DNA of 64,000 bases from Candidatus Shapirobacteria bacterium (GTDB lineage Bacteria; Patescibacteriota; Microgenomatia; UBA12405): assembly GCA_041661765.1 (NCBI GenBank), contig JBAZTV010000001.1:71755-135754 (forward strand). Direction: 5' to 3'. The position numbers and the translations under genes were made by a program. The notes below the pieces were generated by a model. That model searched no databases and was not told the origin of the DNA. It saw only the letters and a list, made by a program, of their open reading frames with translations. This document shows positions 26,462 to 35,759 of this stretch, piece after piece (position 1 is the first letter of the stretch; each line of letters starts with the position of its first letter).

Positions 26462-27507
26462 AATTTTAAATTTTTCTTAAAACTAAAAAATAAAGATAAA
26501 AATCCAGTAATACTCAAAAATCGCATTAAAACTAAAATCAAATTTCTCCAAATACTCGATAATTCATATGCCTGCCTATATTCATTAAAAAATATGGTCA
26601 ATAAAAAATAAACACCCAAAAGTAATGATCCAATTTTAAGATATTTACCTTTTTTAAGCGGGATCATCACAATTAATAGAAAAAATGAAAGTGTCGCCAT
26701 TCCCCATTCCAAAAAATATGTTTCTAGAGAAAAATAATTAACTCCTCGAGTCACTAAAGTCACAATAAAACAATAAGAAATTCCTGCTGCCCCACAAAGA
26801 ACAAATAGTAACATTTCTTCTATACTAAAAGATGAAGAAAAACTAGAAAAATATCCACTTAAAAAAGTAATCACTAAAACAAAAAGCATTCCCCAAAAAA
26901 TATATCGTTTAAGTATTTGTTGTGCAGGTATATCAATATTTGTCACCTTTTCTGTTTCTGAAAATAAACACAAAGGCAAACTGCCTGGTACTTTTTGATA
27001 TGTCCCATAAACCGATCTATTTCCTTCATCGATTCCAGTATAAAATTTTCGACTAAAATTATTACCTTTAAGACATTGATCCAAAAGTTCATTGCGAATA
27101 ATTTTAGTTGTCGCCCGTTCATTACTGATATCAAATTCTTTTTGGGCTGTTAATAAATCTCCTTTGTCATTTACTAAATAAGCATTAAGTCGAAGTGTTT
27201 TTTGTTGTTCTACATACAATAATTTTCTTAAATCATCCATGGAAATTGCCTGTCCTCCACTAATTATATTAATAGTATTAATTGATCCTTCATTTTCCAC
27301 AAATTCCAACGGTTCACTTTTATCAGCTAAAAATTGAGAAATAGAATTTTCTTTTTCGTTAGAAAAATTTGTCAAAGTTTTTTCAACTTGATCTATTAAT
27401 TTAATGTAATCTTGGTTAAAAAAAAATTGAATACTTATCATCGCAATCACCAATGCTACCGCAAAAGAAGTTATCGTAAAAAATTGTGATTCATTTATTT
27501 TTTTCAT
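26458..27507 (-). CDS. Cache-like sensor with C-terminal TM helices (shorter paralog of 21294-23123)
   Basis: AYLVN..G, LPLCLFSET compared with LPWCLATEI; start 27507 overlaps the upstream stop (ATGA) and has a GAGGAG RBS. Confidence 0.7.
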   Translation of the reverse strand: MKKINESQFFTITSFAVALVIAMISIQFFFNQDYIKLIDQVEKTLTNFSNEKENSISQFLADKSEPLEFVENEGSINTINIISGGQAISMDDLRKLLYVEQQKTLRLNAYLVNDKGDLLTAQKEFDISNERATTKIIRNELLDQCLKGNNFSRKFYTGIDEGNRSVYGTYQKVPGSLPLCLFSETEKVTNIDIPAQQILKRYIFWGMLFVLVITFLSGYFSSFSSSFSIEEMLLFVLCGAAGISYCFIVTLVTRGVNYFSLETYFLEWGMATLSFFLLIVMIPLKKGKYLKIGSLLLGVYFLLTIFFNEYRQAYELSSIWRNLILVLMRFLSITGFLSLFFSFKKNLKL

Positions 27508-30476
27508 TTCCTTCTCCTCACCAACCCAATAATCCAAGAAATTAAGATTAATATGATTCCACCTCCAATAATAATCATCAGTAGTTTGTTCTCCAAGAAA
27601 TTAGTTGTAGGGGAGGAAGTAAAATCTCCAACTTCAAAATTTTGTTTAAATTCATCTTTAATATTAGTGTTATAAAGTGTGTTTAAGACTAATGTGTATT
27701 TACCTTTATCTAATAACAATCCTTCAAATGTTTTATTAAATACTCCTTCAGTTTGTATAGAGGTATTGTCAATTGATCTATAATATTCTTTTCCATTTGC
27801 ATCAACTATAGTAAATGTCATTTCTACTGGAGTATCTTCTTTTCCAAAACTTACAAATGTTACTCTGGCAGCTAATTCAGATGCTTTAGTTATTTGTGTT
27901 TTATCTACAATTAGGGCGATATCAAAAAGTTGAGATGGAATTTGAGAAACAGGCACAAATCCTTCAGCTGGAGTTGTTGTTTCACCAGTAGTACCTCCCG
28001 TAGTTGTTTCTATTATTCTTCCTCTTGGTGTTGCTGACACCTCATTCGACCAATCACCTGGCATACAATCATTAATTGCTTTTATCTTGAAATAATATCT
28101 AGTTCCACCAGATAATCCTTTGATTGTATAACTAGTAGTATCAGCATTTCCTACATTTGGATTACCGTATTCAATCGATCCAGAAGAAGTTCCATAAGCT
28201 ATTAAATATTTAGTTACTGGATTACTTGCTTTTGACCAAGTTAAAGTCACACTATTATCTCCATTAATTGTATTAGTAATAATTGGTGTCCCTCCTGGTT
28301 TAGTTGCACTACATGCTGGTGCTGCCCAACCAGTACTACTAATTGAAGAGGTGGAAGTTGAAGTAGAAGGTGAGGAGGTTGGGGTAGGGGTGGGTGTTGG
28401 AGTTGGTGTTATTGTTGAAACAGAACTGAAAACAATAAATTTAGTAAAATGTCTCGTCCATACCACTAAATCATTACCAACATCAATTTTACAATCTTCA
28501 TCCACCCCCAATGTCGCACCAGAATCACTCCCACAGGTCGTTGTAATTTCAGTGAATGGTATAGCACTTCTGAGATACCCCACTCTATTTCCCGCTTGAT
28601 CTGGAAACAATATCCTTACTGCTTTATCAAAAGATAATTTAACATCAGTCACTCCAACATCAATTGCCGTTTCCACAGTCCTCGTTTCACCCGAAACCTC
28701 AGGTATCGTCGTCGATATTGCTGTTGGAGCCAACATCATTCCATCCCAACCAATATCTGTACTTGATATTGAAGTTGAAGCCTGAATAGATATTCCCACA
28801 CCATTAACATTATTTGCCAAAATATTTACCTCTGGTAATGTTCCTGATCCACTAGAAATAAACCCACTAAAATCAATTGTTGGACTGGTTATTCCACTAT
28901 TTATTGTAATATTAGCCGGTGTAGTTGAATTTGTAATTACGGCTAAATATTGATTATTACTGCTGATTGTGGCTGTACCACCCACTTGATTAACCACTAA
29001 ATAATTTCTTGAATTTTCAATGTAATATGGAATAAAAGTTGCATTTCCATAAATTAATGATTTTGTAACCTGATAATTTTTACTTCCCCACCAATTATTT
29101 ATAGCACTTACTGTATCCGCAGTATTATTTCGTAAATTATAACTAGTATTACTAAATATCAAATTTTCAGTTATTTCGTATCCACCAATTGAAGTTCCCA
29201 CATCCAAAAAAATTCCTTTATCCCATCCGGAAATATTATTTCCTGTTATCGATGTTGTCACCGCCCCATCACCCAGATCAAAAATAGCGGATGAATTACT
29301 AGTCCCATCACCAGTTAAAGTATTTTCCAAAACACTCACTCCAACAGTATGGCTATTTGGAGTAAATCCCTCCAAACTAATACCACCACGAGGAAAACCA
29401 CTCCCAATTGTATTTAAATATAGTGTTGAATTATTAATATTTGCCTGTTCATTATCTAAATAAATTCCTGTTCCATAAGTATGTCCCGAACCAGAAATGT
29501 CATTATTTTGAATATTCACTTCTGAACTATATCTATCAGTAATTCCAAAATCACAATTAATAATCGTGTTGTTTTCAATCACCGCTCCATCTTGAATATT
29601 TATTACCTCTATTGCCGTATCCCAATCAGCAGTATTATAGTGTAGATCACTAACAACATTTCCCGAAATTGCTGTAACTGTTGCCCCATCATAAACTTTA
29701 ATTCCACCTTGTCGTCGCGTAGTTAAAATTCCACCCCCATTAATTACATTATTATGAATATTTACCGTTATATTTGTGGTTGTTTCTCCAATTTGAATCC
29801 CGCTACTTAAAAAATTAGAGGCCGTACAACCACTAATTTCAACTGCCTTTGCCGAAGTAGTATCAGCATCCGCCCAAAAAGCATGTATTCCACTTTTCCA
29901 CGATTCAGACCCAATCGGTATTACTACATGATCATTATGTATACTACTAACATTCTCAATTACCCCGCTAGTGTTATAAAAAAAGACTCCCCCAAAACGC
30001 ATATCGGGTATTGTTGAACCGAACCAATCTACTCTGTCAGTTGATAACGAAGATGCATCTACTGTTAAATTCTCTACTGTAACCGTACTTCCTATATCAT
30101 TAACCACAATTATCCCCGTTGTCATCCCGGATGGTGTTGTTACATATACATCCAACGAATTTGGTTTAATAACTGTAGTTCCTCCAGTTCCATTTAATAC
30201 TATCGCTTTAGTAATATTAACCTGTTCTACATATTCACCAGTCGCAATATTAAGAGTATCACCATCAACAACTCTAGTATCACCTATGGCATATTGAATA
30301 GTTTGAAAAGCGTTTGCTCCGCTTGCTGTTCCATGAGACCCATCATTAGTTCCACTCGGGTCAACATAATAATCAGTTGCCATTACTTGTTTAGGTTTTA
30401 TTAATAAACCAAACCTCAACAAATTTATTCCAATCAGACACCCAATCAAAAATAAGCCAAAACATTTTCTGTTCAC
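27504..30476 (-). CDS. Large surface protein: beta-helix, HFT-motif domain, FN3, Ig-like domain, TM anchor
   Basis: Signal peptide, DYYVDPSG...FQTIQYAI, parallel beta-helix repeats, NNWWG, WTRHFTKF, PT linker, FN3 (VTLTW...YYFKIKAIN), C-terminal TM. Confidence 0.85.
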   Translation of the reverse strand: MNRKCFGLFLIGCLIGINLLRFGLLIKPKQVMATDYYVDPSGTNDGSHGTASGANAFQTIQYAIGDTRVVDGDTLNIATGEYVEQVNITKAIVLNGTGGTTVIKPNSLDVYVTTPSGMTTGIIVVNDIGSTVTVENLTVDASSLSTDRVDWFGSTIPDMRFGGVFFYNTSGVIENVSSIHNDHVVIPIGSESWKSGIHAFWADADTTSAKAVEISGCTASNFLSSGIQIGETTTNITVNIHNNVINGGGILTTRRQGGIKVYDGATVTAISGNVVSDLHYNTADWDTAIEVINIQDGAVIENNTIINCDFGITDRYSSEVNIQNNDISGSGHTYGTGIYLDNEQANINNSTLYLNTIGSGFPRGGISLEGFTPNSHTVGVSVLENTLTGDGTSNSSAIFDLGDGAVTTSITGNNISGWDKGIFLDVGTSIGGYEITENLIFSNTSYNLRNNTADTVSAINNWWGSKNYQVTKSLIYGNATFIPYYIENSRNYLVVNQVGGTATISSNNQYLAVITNSTTPANITINSGITSPTIDFSGFISSGSGTLPEVNILANNVNGVGISIQASTSISSTDIGWDGMMLAPTAISTTIPEVSGETRTVETAIDVGVTDVKLSFDKAVRILFPDQAGNRVGYLRSAIPFTEITTTCGSDSGATLGVDEDCKIDVGNDLVVWTRHFTKFIVFSSVSTITPTPTPTPTPTSSPSTSTSTSSISSTGWAAPACSATKPGGTPIITNTINGDNSVTLTWSKASNPVTKYLIAYGTSSGSIEYGNPNVGNADTTSYTIKGLSGGTRYYFKIKAINDCMPGDWSNEVSATPRGRIIETTTGGTTGETTTPAEGFVPVSQIPSQLFDIALIVDKTQITKASELAARVTFVSFGKEDTPVEMTFTIVDANGKEYYRSIDNTSIQTEGVFNKTFEGLLLDKGKYTLVLNTLYNTNIKDEFKQNFEVGDFTSSPTTNFLENKLLMIIIGGGIILILISWIIGLVRRRK

Positions 30477-30555
30477 AAATAAATAAAACCAAATATAAGT
30501 TAAAAAATGTTAAAAAGTTAACAAAATCTTAAAAATCCTAGCAATTAATCAAATC

Positions 30556-32370
30556 TTAATATCCACCTATAAATTTCATTGTTTCTGTCTGTTCCTCGAT
30601 TGCTTTTTTAGCTGATTGTTCCGGATTTTCTAATACTGACAAAATTAATTCTGGTTTTTCAATCAATTTAATTTCACTTATTTTTTTCCTCGACTTACTT
30701 ATATTTTTTAAAATAGTATTCGAAATTTCAATTAAAACTTCTTTCCAAAATATTTCCTTAAAATCATTTTTACTGGTTGCTTTCTTAAAAATTTCCACTG
30801 CCACCGGATTAATAAATCCTTTTTTTAAATCGTCTTCCCAATCATGCGCATCATCATTTAATTGTCTAGCAATCAAGTAATGCTTAAAAAAAATCCAAAT
30901 ATTTTTTACCTCTAGTGAATTTTTATCAAATCCCAATGAATACAAAATCGCAATTGGTCCCAATGCATGCCCCAAAGATTTTTTAGCCAATTGTAAATAA
31001 TCACCATAATTAGGTATTTGTTTTTCGTTATAACAATTAATAACTTCCCAATAATTAGCCGCATCAATTTCATCCATCGTGTTATTAAAAAAATCAGCAA
31101 AATCAGTTTTTGGCAAAATACCATTATATATAAGTGCCAATTCTCTTAAACACACGTTCGCCATCGACAAAGTTTTTTTATCTCCATCACCATCCAAAAA
31201 ATCATCATAAATTGTATAGGCAATCCATCCATAAAGATTAGCCAATCCACATTTAATAATTAATTTCTTTGACACCCTTTTTCCATTTTTTCCCAAAGAT
31301 TTATAAAAAATATACGGTAAAAGAGTAATACTTTTTTTACAATTTTCTTCAGGTATTTGGGATAAAAAATTTACTCTTTTTTGGGCTATTCGTAGTATTT
31401 CCTGGTGAATTTCACCAGCCATTTTATCCTTTTTTTGATCAGGTTTTTTAATCGTCATTAAAAAATATTTATTTAACGCTTCCACACAAAAAGCTGTCGT
31501 TAAAGACGGGGAGCCAGCATAATAAGTTTCTCTATTTATCGCCGGATCAATACAAAAAGCACTTGCTTTCCAAGAACCATCGTTTTTTTGATTTTTAATT
31601 AAGTAATTAATACTTGGCCATAAAATTTTTAAATCAATTTTTAAATTTAAAAGCGAATTAACCGCCAAGGCTGTATTTAATGGGTTTCCCCAATTATCAC
31701 CATTTTTTTTCGATAAAATTATTTTTATTAATTTTTCCGATTTAAAAAATCTAGAGATAAAATAAACAATTGGATAAATGGAAGGGTAGTAAGGCGATGT
31801 CAAATTTTCTTTTTCGATCGCTAATTTAATTAGCTTATTAATATTTTCTAATTCAATTTCTTGCAATGACAAAAAATAACCAATATTACTATTAACTGCC
31901 AAATCAACATCTTTCCAAACTTTATCAACATTTTTCGAAACCAGCCAAGTTTTATATGGTCCGCCTTCTTTTTTTTCCATCGCCGTCAACAAAGTCACAA
32001 TTTTAACTACTACTGCTCCGTCAATTAATTTTGAATTATATTTATAGATTCCACTCAAAGCACAAAAAGTATCATCAAGATCGTCAGGGTAGGGCATTCT
32101 TTTGTTTTCTTCTGCGTCGCGTTTCCAATAATTAAACGACCAGTGTTCACTTTTTTGAGACAAAAGAAAATTCACTAATCTCTTTTTGATTTCCTCCGAT
32201 TTTTCTACCGAATCTAAACAAGATAAAATTAATGCTGATGGAAAAATAGAATTATATTTTTTAGTCTTATTAAAATTATTTTTATTTGGACTCGACCAAC
32301 TCAAAAAACCACCATCATTTTGTTGTTGACCTTTAATAAAACTAATTGCTCGATCAATATTTTTTTTCAT
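30556..32370 (-). CDS. Fused class II terpene cyclase-like domain and class I isoprenoid synthase/ComQ-like prenyltransferase domain
   Basis: QW-type motifs QQQNDGGF and NQKNDGSW; DxDD in YPDDLDDT; C-terminal half has YDDFLD and QLNDDAHD aspartate-rich motifs. Confidence 0.8.
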   Translation of the reverse strand: MKKNIDRAISFIKGQQQNDGGFLSWSSPNKNNFNKTKKYNSIFPSALILSCLDSVEKSEEIKKRLVNFLLSQKSEHWSFNYWKRDAEENKRMPYPDDLDDTFCALSGIYKYNSKLIDGAVVVKIVTLLTAMEKKEGGPYKTWLVSKNVDKVWKDVDLAVNSNIGYFLSLQEIELENINKLIKLAIEKENLTSPYYPSIYPIVYFISRFFKSEKLIKIILSKKNGDNWGNPLNTALAVNSLLNLKIDLKILWPSINYLIKNQKNDGSWKASAFCIDPAINRETYYAGSPSLTTAFCVEALNKYFLMTIKKPDQKKDKMAGEIHQEILRIAQKRVNFLSQIPEENCKKSITLLPYIFYKSLGKNGKRVSKKLIIKCGLANLYGWIAYTIYDDFLDGDGDKKTLSMANVCLRELALIYNGILPKTDFADFFNNTMDEIDAANYWEVINCYNEKQIPNYGDYLQLAKKSLGHALGPIAILYSLGFDKNSLEVKNIWIFFKHYLIARQLNDDAHDWEDDLKKGFINPVAVEIFKKATSKNDFKEIFWKEVLIEISNTILKNISKSRKKISEIKLIEKPELILSVLENPEQSAKKAIEEQTETMKFIGGY

Positions 32371-33715
32371 CGGTTTTTTTTCTAACAGGGAATCTAATAG
32401 TAAACAAAGTTCCTTCGTTTAATTTACTTTTCACTTCAACCTTTCCCCCAAATTCTTTTTCTACAATAGTTTTACTTATATAAAGCCCAATCCCTGTACC
32501 CTTTTCAGAATCTTTAGTAGTAAACAACGGATCAAAAATTTTTTGTTTAATTTCTTCACCAATACCGCAACCAAAATCTTCCACCTTTAATATTATTTCG
32601 TCTCTATCAATCTTCAATTCAACAATAATTTTTCTATTTTTATCTCTTTCTACTTCACAATACGAATCTAATGCGTTAGAAATCAAATTACTAACCAATT
32701 GATAAAATCTAACCGGGTTACCAAACGTACTGATTTCTTTTTTACCAATAATACTAAGTTGAATTTTCATTTCTTTAGCTCTATATTCAAAACTTTCCAT
32801 TACCGACACTATTTCTATCCATGGCCTAAAATTACTTTTTGTCTCTTGCTGTTGGATTTGTTTTCTTACTGACACAACCAATTTTTCCATTTGTTTAGTT
32901 CCTTTAATCGCTCTCCTAATAGTGGGTTCAATTTTGTTTAATTCATGTGATATTTTATTTTTTGTTTGCAACTTTATATTACTTAAACTTAAAGATACTT
33001 GTGTTAACGGGTTAGCAATATCATGAAACATTCCTGCTGTTAATCGTCCAAAATCAGCAAATTTATATAAATTTACCATTCTTTCCAATTGAACTGTTTT
33101 TAACTCTTTCGTTCTTTTCTCAACTTCAATTTCCAAATTATCCCGTTCTTTTTTTAATGCAACTTCAGAATTTTTAGCCAGTCTTAAGGCCTTTTCGATT
33201 TCTCTGTTCGACAACCAAGAAACAAGGCAAATAACACATAAAATTACACTTTTCACCAAAGTTGAACCCCATGTTGGTTCTATTGTCCACGAGACATATC
33301 CAATTCGATTATTAATTTGTAAAAAAGTTAAAAGAGATATTAACAACACGTGAATTCCAATCAGAAATAAAGTAAATCTAATCGTAAAAAGTACCCCTGT
33401 TAACACTATTACTAATATCAATAAAATCCAAAAATAAGATATCACCACACCAAAACATATTCCTAGATAATAAGCTATTAAAGATAATATTAAAATCAAA
33501 ATAAACGACGGTACAAACAAATATCCTTTCTTTACTAATCCCAATAAAAACAAAAAAAGACCCAAAAATAAACCAGGAACAAACTCAAACAAAAAATCAT
33601 ATTGCACACCATTTATTACTACATTCACCAAAACTGCAATTAAAGAAAGAAAAATAATCCCACGCAAAATAACTACCAACAACAACAATTTTCGCTCTTT
33701 TTCTTCTCTTAACAA
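32354..33715 (-). CDS. Multi-TM sensor histidine kinase
   Basis: About 6 N-terminal TM helices; H-box AGMFHDIANPL; NLISNALD, DFGCG, FTTK, GTGIGL; stop overlaps the cyclase start; TTG start uncertain. Confidence 0.92.
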   Translation of the reverse strand: MLREEKERKLLLLVVILRGIIFLSLIAVLVNVVINGVQYDFLFEFVPGLFLGLFLFLLGLVKKGYLFVPSFILILILSLIAYYLGICFGVVISYFWILLILVIVLTGVLFTIRFTLFLIGIHVLLISLLTFLQINNRIGYVSWTIEPTWGSTLVKSVILCVICLVSWLSNREIEKALRLAKNSEVALKKERDNLEIEVEKRTKELKTVQLERMVNLYKFADFGRLTAGMFHDIANPLTQVSLSLSNIKLQTKNKISHELNKIEPTIRRAIKGTKQMEKLVVSVRKQIQQQETKSNFRPWIEIVSVMESFEYRAKEMKIQLSIIGKKEISTFGNPVRFYQLVSNLISNALDSYCEVERDKNRKIIVELKIDRDEIILKVEDFGCGIGEEIKQKIFDPLFTTKDSEKGTGIGLYISKTIVEKEFGGKVEVKSKLNEGTLFTIRFPVRKKTDEKKY

Positions 33716-33726
33716 CTTTTAAATCT

Positions 33727-33840
33727 TTAAATTATTTGTTCCCATGGCTCTGCTACCACAATCGACATTACAAACGCTGCCACAGCAACTACATTTCTTG
33801 CTTTTTTATCAGTCAAAACTTTTTTCATTAATTCTTTCAT
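33727..33840 (-). CDS. 37-aa peptide, candidate ComX-like signal precursor
   Basis: MKELMKKVLTDKKARNVVAVAAFVMSIVVAEPWEQII*; AGGAGA RBS at 33848-33853; TATAAT at 33877-33882; fills the gap between the regulator and kinase genes; below the ORF-track size cutoff. Confidence 0.8.
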   Translation of the reverse strand: MKELMKKVLTDKKARNVVAVAAFVMSIVVAEPWEQII

Positions 33841-33895
33841 TTTTTTATCTCCTAAATTAATAATTAATTAATAATAATTATAACCAAAAGTTAAT

Positions 33896-34564
33896 TCAAG
33901 TAGCAATTTTATATCCCAAGCTATGCACCGATTTAATCATCTTAACTCCAAACTGTCGATCAATTTTATTTCTTAAATAATTAATATGAACATCAACAGT
34001 ATTAGTCAACTGATTTGTATCACTTTCCCATACATGCTCCAAAATCATACTTCTCGTCAATACTTTACCAGCATTACGCATTAAATATTCTAATAATCTA
34101 AATTCCTTCAATCTAAGTTCAATTCTATCCCCTTTATATTCAGCTGTATTAGAAACAGTATCTAAAATTAAACCATTAACTGATAATTTATCAGATGAAA
34201 AACCATTTGGAGCCCGTCTTATTAAAGCTTGTAGCCTGGCATGAAGTTCTTCAAAACTAAATGGCTTAGTTAAATAATCATCCGCCCCTAAATTAAGAGC
34301 ATTAATTTTATCCCTCGTTTCTGATTTTCCTGTTAGCATTATAATCGGTGTTTTAATTTCACCTTCTCTAATATTTCGGCAAACTTGAAATCCATCAATA
34401 TCAGGCAAAACCACATCCAGTACTATTGCATCATAATCATTATCAAACACCAAATCCTCTCCTTTTTGCCCAGTATAGGCTATATCGATTGCATAATAAA
34501 CTTTTAACATTTCCTTAATCGAACTTGCCGTTTGTCTTTCATCCTCAATTAACAAAATTTTCAT
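33896..34564 (-). CDS. OmpR/PhoB-family response regulator
   Basis: MKILLIED, LDVVLPD, GADDYLTKPF, winged helix VDVHINYLRNK...GYKI. Confidence 0.95.
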   Translation of the reverse strand: MKILLIEDERQTASSIKEMLKVYYAIDIAYTGQKGEDLVFDNDYDAIVLDVVLPDIDGFQVCRNIREGEIKTPIIMLTGKSETRDKINALNLGADDYLTKPFSFEELHARLQALIRRAPNGFSSDKLSVNGLILDTVSNTAEYKGDRIELRLKEFRLLEYLMRNAGKVLTRSMILEHVWESDTNQLTNTVDVHINYLRNKIDRQFGVKMIKSVHSLGYKIAT

Positions 34565-34679
34565 ATTTAATCAAAAGTTACTTAATAATAACTTAATTTG
34601 CAATTAATTAAACAACAGAAAGATTAAAAAAATCTAAGAAAAACTAAGTAAATTAAATTTAAATATATTTTATTCGAAT

Positions 34680-35759
34680 TTAAAATGTAGACACGAATCC
34701 AATCACAAAAACTATCAAAATCAAAATAATTAAACTAAAAATAAAATAATTATTTTTAAGTTTAAACATTATCAGACAAATTATTATTGTTGAGACAAAA
34801 ATACTTCCAGCTCCAATTACTCCCAAAATTGTCCCAAAAGATAAATTAAAAAGTAATAATGTTGTTATTGGTAAAACTACTGCTAGTAAACTAGATATTT
34901 TTTCTGTCACTTTAAAATCACGATAAAAAATTTCATGAAAAACATTCATAAAATTTATAGACCCCTTAAAAGTGGTCAATATTCCAAAAACAGCTATTAT
35001 CCCTGCTATTAAATAAGAAGTTTTAGCCAGTCCTGTCACACTATCTTCAGTTAAATTATCCCCAACTAATTTTATTATTGAATAACTAAAAATTACATAA
35101 ACTATAAAAGCCAACAACAATCCCATAATTGAAGCCCACGCCAACTTTGTTTTTACTTTTTCTCCACCATCCAATAGATCTTTCATCTCTGGTATCACTG
35201 TAAAACCTGATAATGCAAACACTACCACCCCAAAAAAAGTGAAATTAAAATTTTGTAATTCAATTTTTGGAAACGGATTAATCAAAACAATTTGTAATAA
35301 TAAAAAAACAATAAATATAGCCACGAAAGGTAAAAAATCCAAAATAATTTTAATTTTTTTTATTTTTAATAAATACCCCAATATTATCAATAATAAAAAA
35401 AACATTACTGATAAAAAACTATTTATTGGCCATAAAATTTGGATAAATCCTGACCCTAATTTAATATATGCCAACACTGCTCCCAATCCAGAAACAATCA
35501 AACTCGTTGCCGCTAAATATTTAAATTTTTCACCCAAATATTTTTTAGCATAACCTGATAATTGGTGGTCGCCCGGTGTGTTGCTAATAATTTGTACATA
35601 AAAAATATTAACCACTGCTGTTACCAAAGCAATTAAAAACATTCCAATTATTGCCCAAAAAAAGTTAGAATTATATAAAAAGTAGGGGAGAGCAAATATT
35701 CCTGCTCCCATTATTCCCGAAAATTGTAGCAGTACCGCCCTTATAAATTTACTTTTCAT
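34680..35759 (-). CDS. Amino acid permease (aromatic amino acid/Trp-Tyr type)
   Basis: GIMGAGIFALPY, FGVVVFALSG..VIPEM, about 11 TM. Confidence 0.8.
   Translation of the reverse strand: MKSKFIRAVLLQFSGIMGAGIFALPYFLYNSNFFWAIIGMFLIALVTAVVNIFYVQIISNTPGDHQLSGYAKKYLGEKFKYLAATSLIVSGLGAVLAYIKLGSGFIQILWPINSFLSVMFFLLLIILGYLLKIKKIKIILDFLPFVAIFIVFLLLQIVLINPFPKIELQNFNFTFFGVVVFALSGFTVIPEMKDLLDGGEKVKTKLAWASIMGLLLAFIVYVIFSYSIIKLVGDNLTEDSVTGLAKTSYLIAGIIAVFGILTTFKGSINFMNVFHEIFYRDFKVTEKISSLLAVVLPITTLLLFNLSFGTILGVIGAGSIFVSTIIICLIMFKLKNNYFIFSLIILILIVFVIGFVSTF

Noticed and set aside
30497-30540. GTTAA/CTTAA direct repeats upstream of the 990-aa gene (and at 34581-34596) as binding sites for the 33896 regulator
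   Set aside because: Spacing is irregular (8-11 nt) and such words are common in AT-rich DNA; plausible but not supportable by eye.
33719-33745. Upstream ATG at 33745 as the kinase start
   Set aside because: An in-frame TAA at 33719-33721 closes this frame, so TTG at 33715 is retained.
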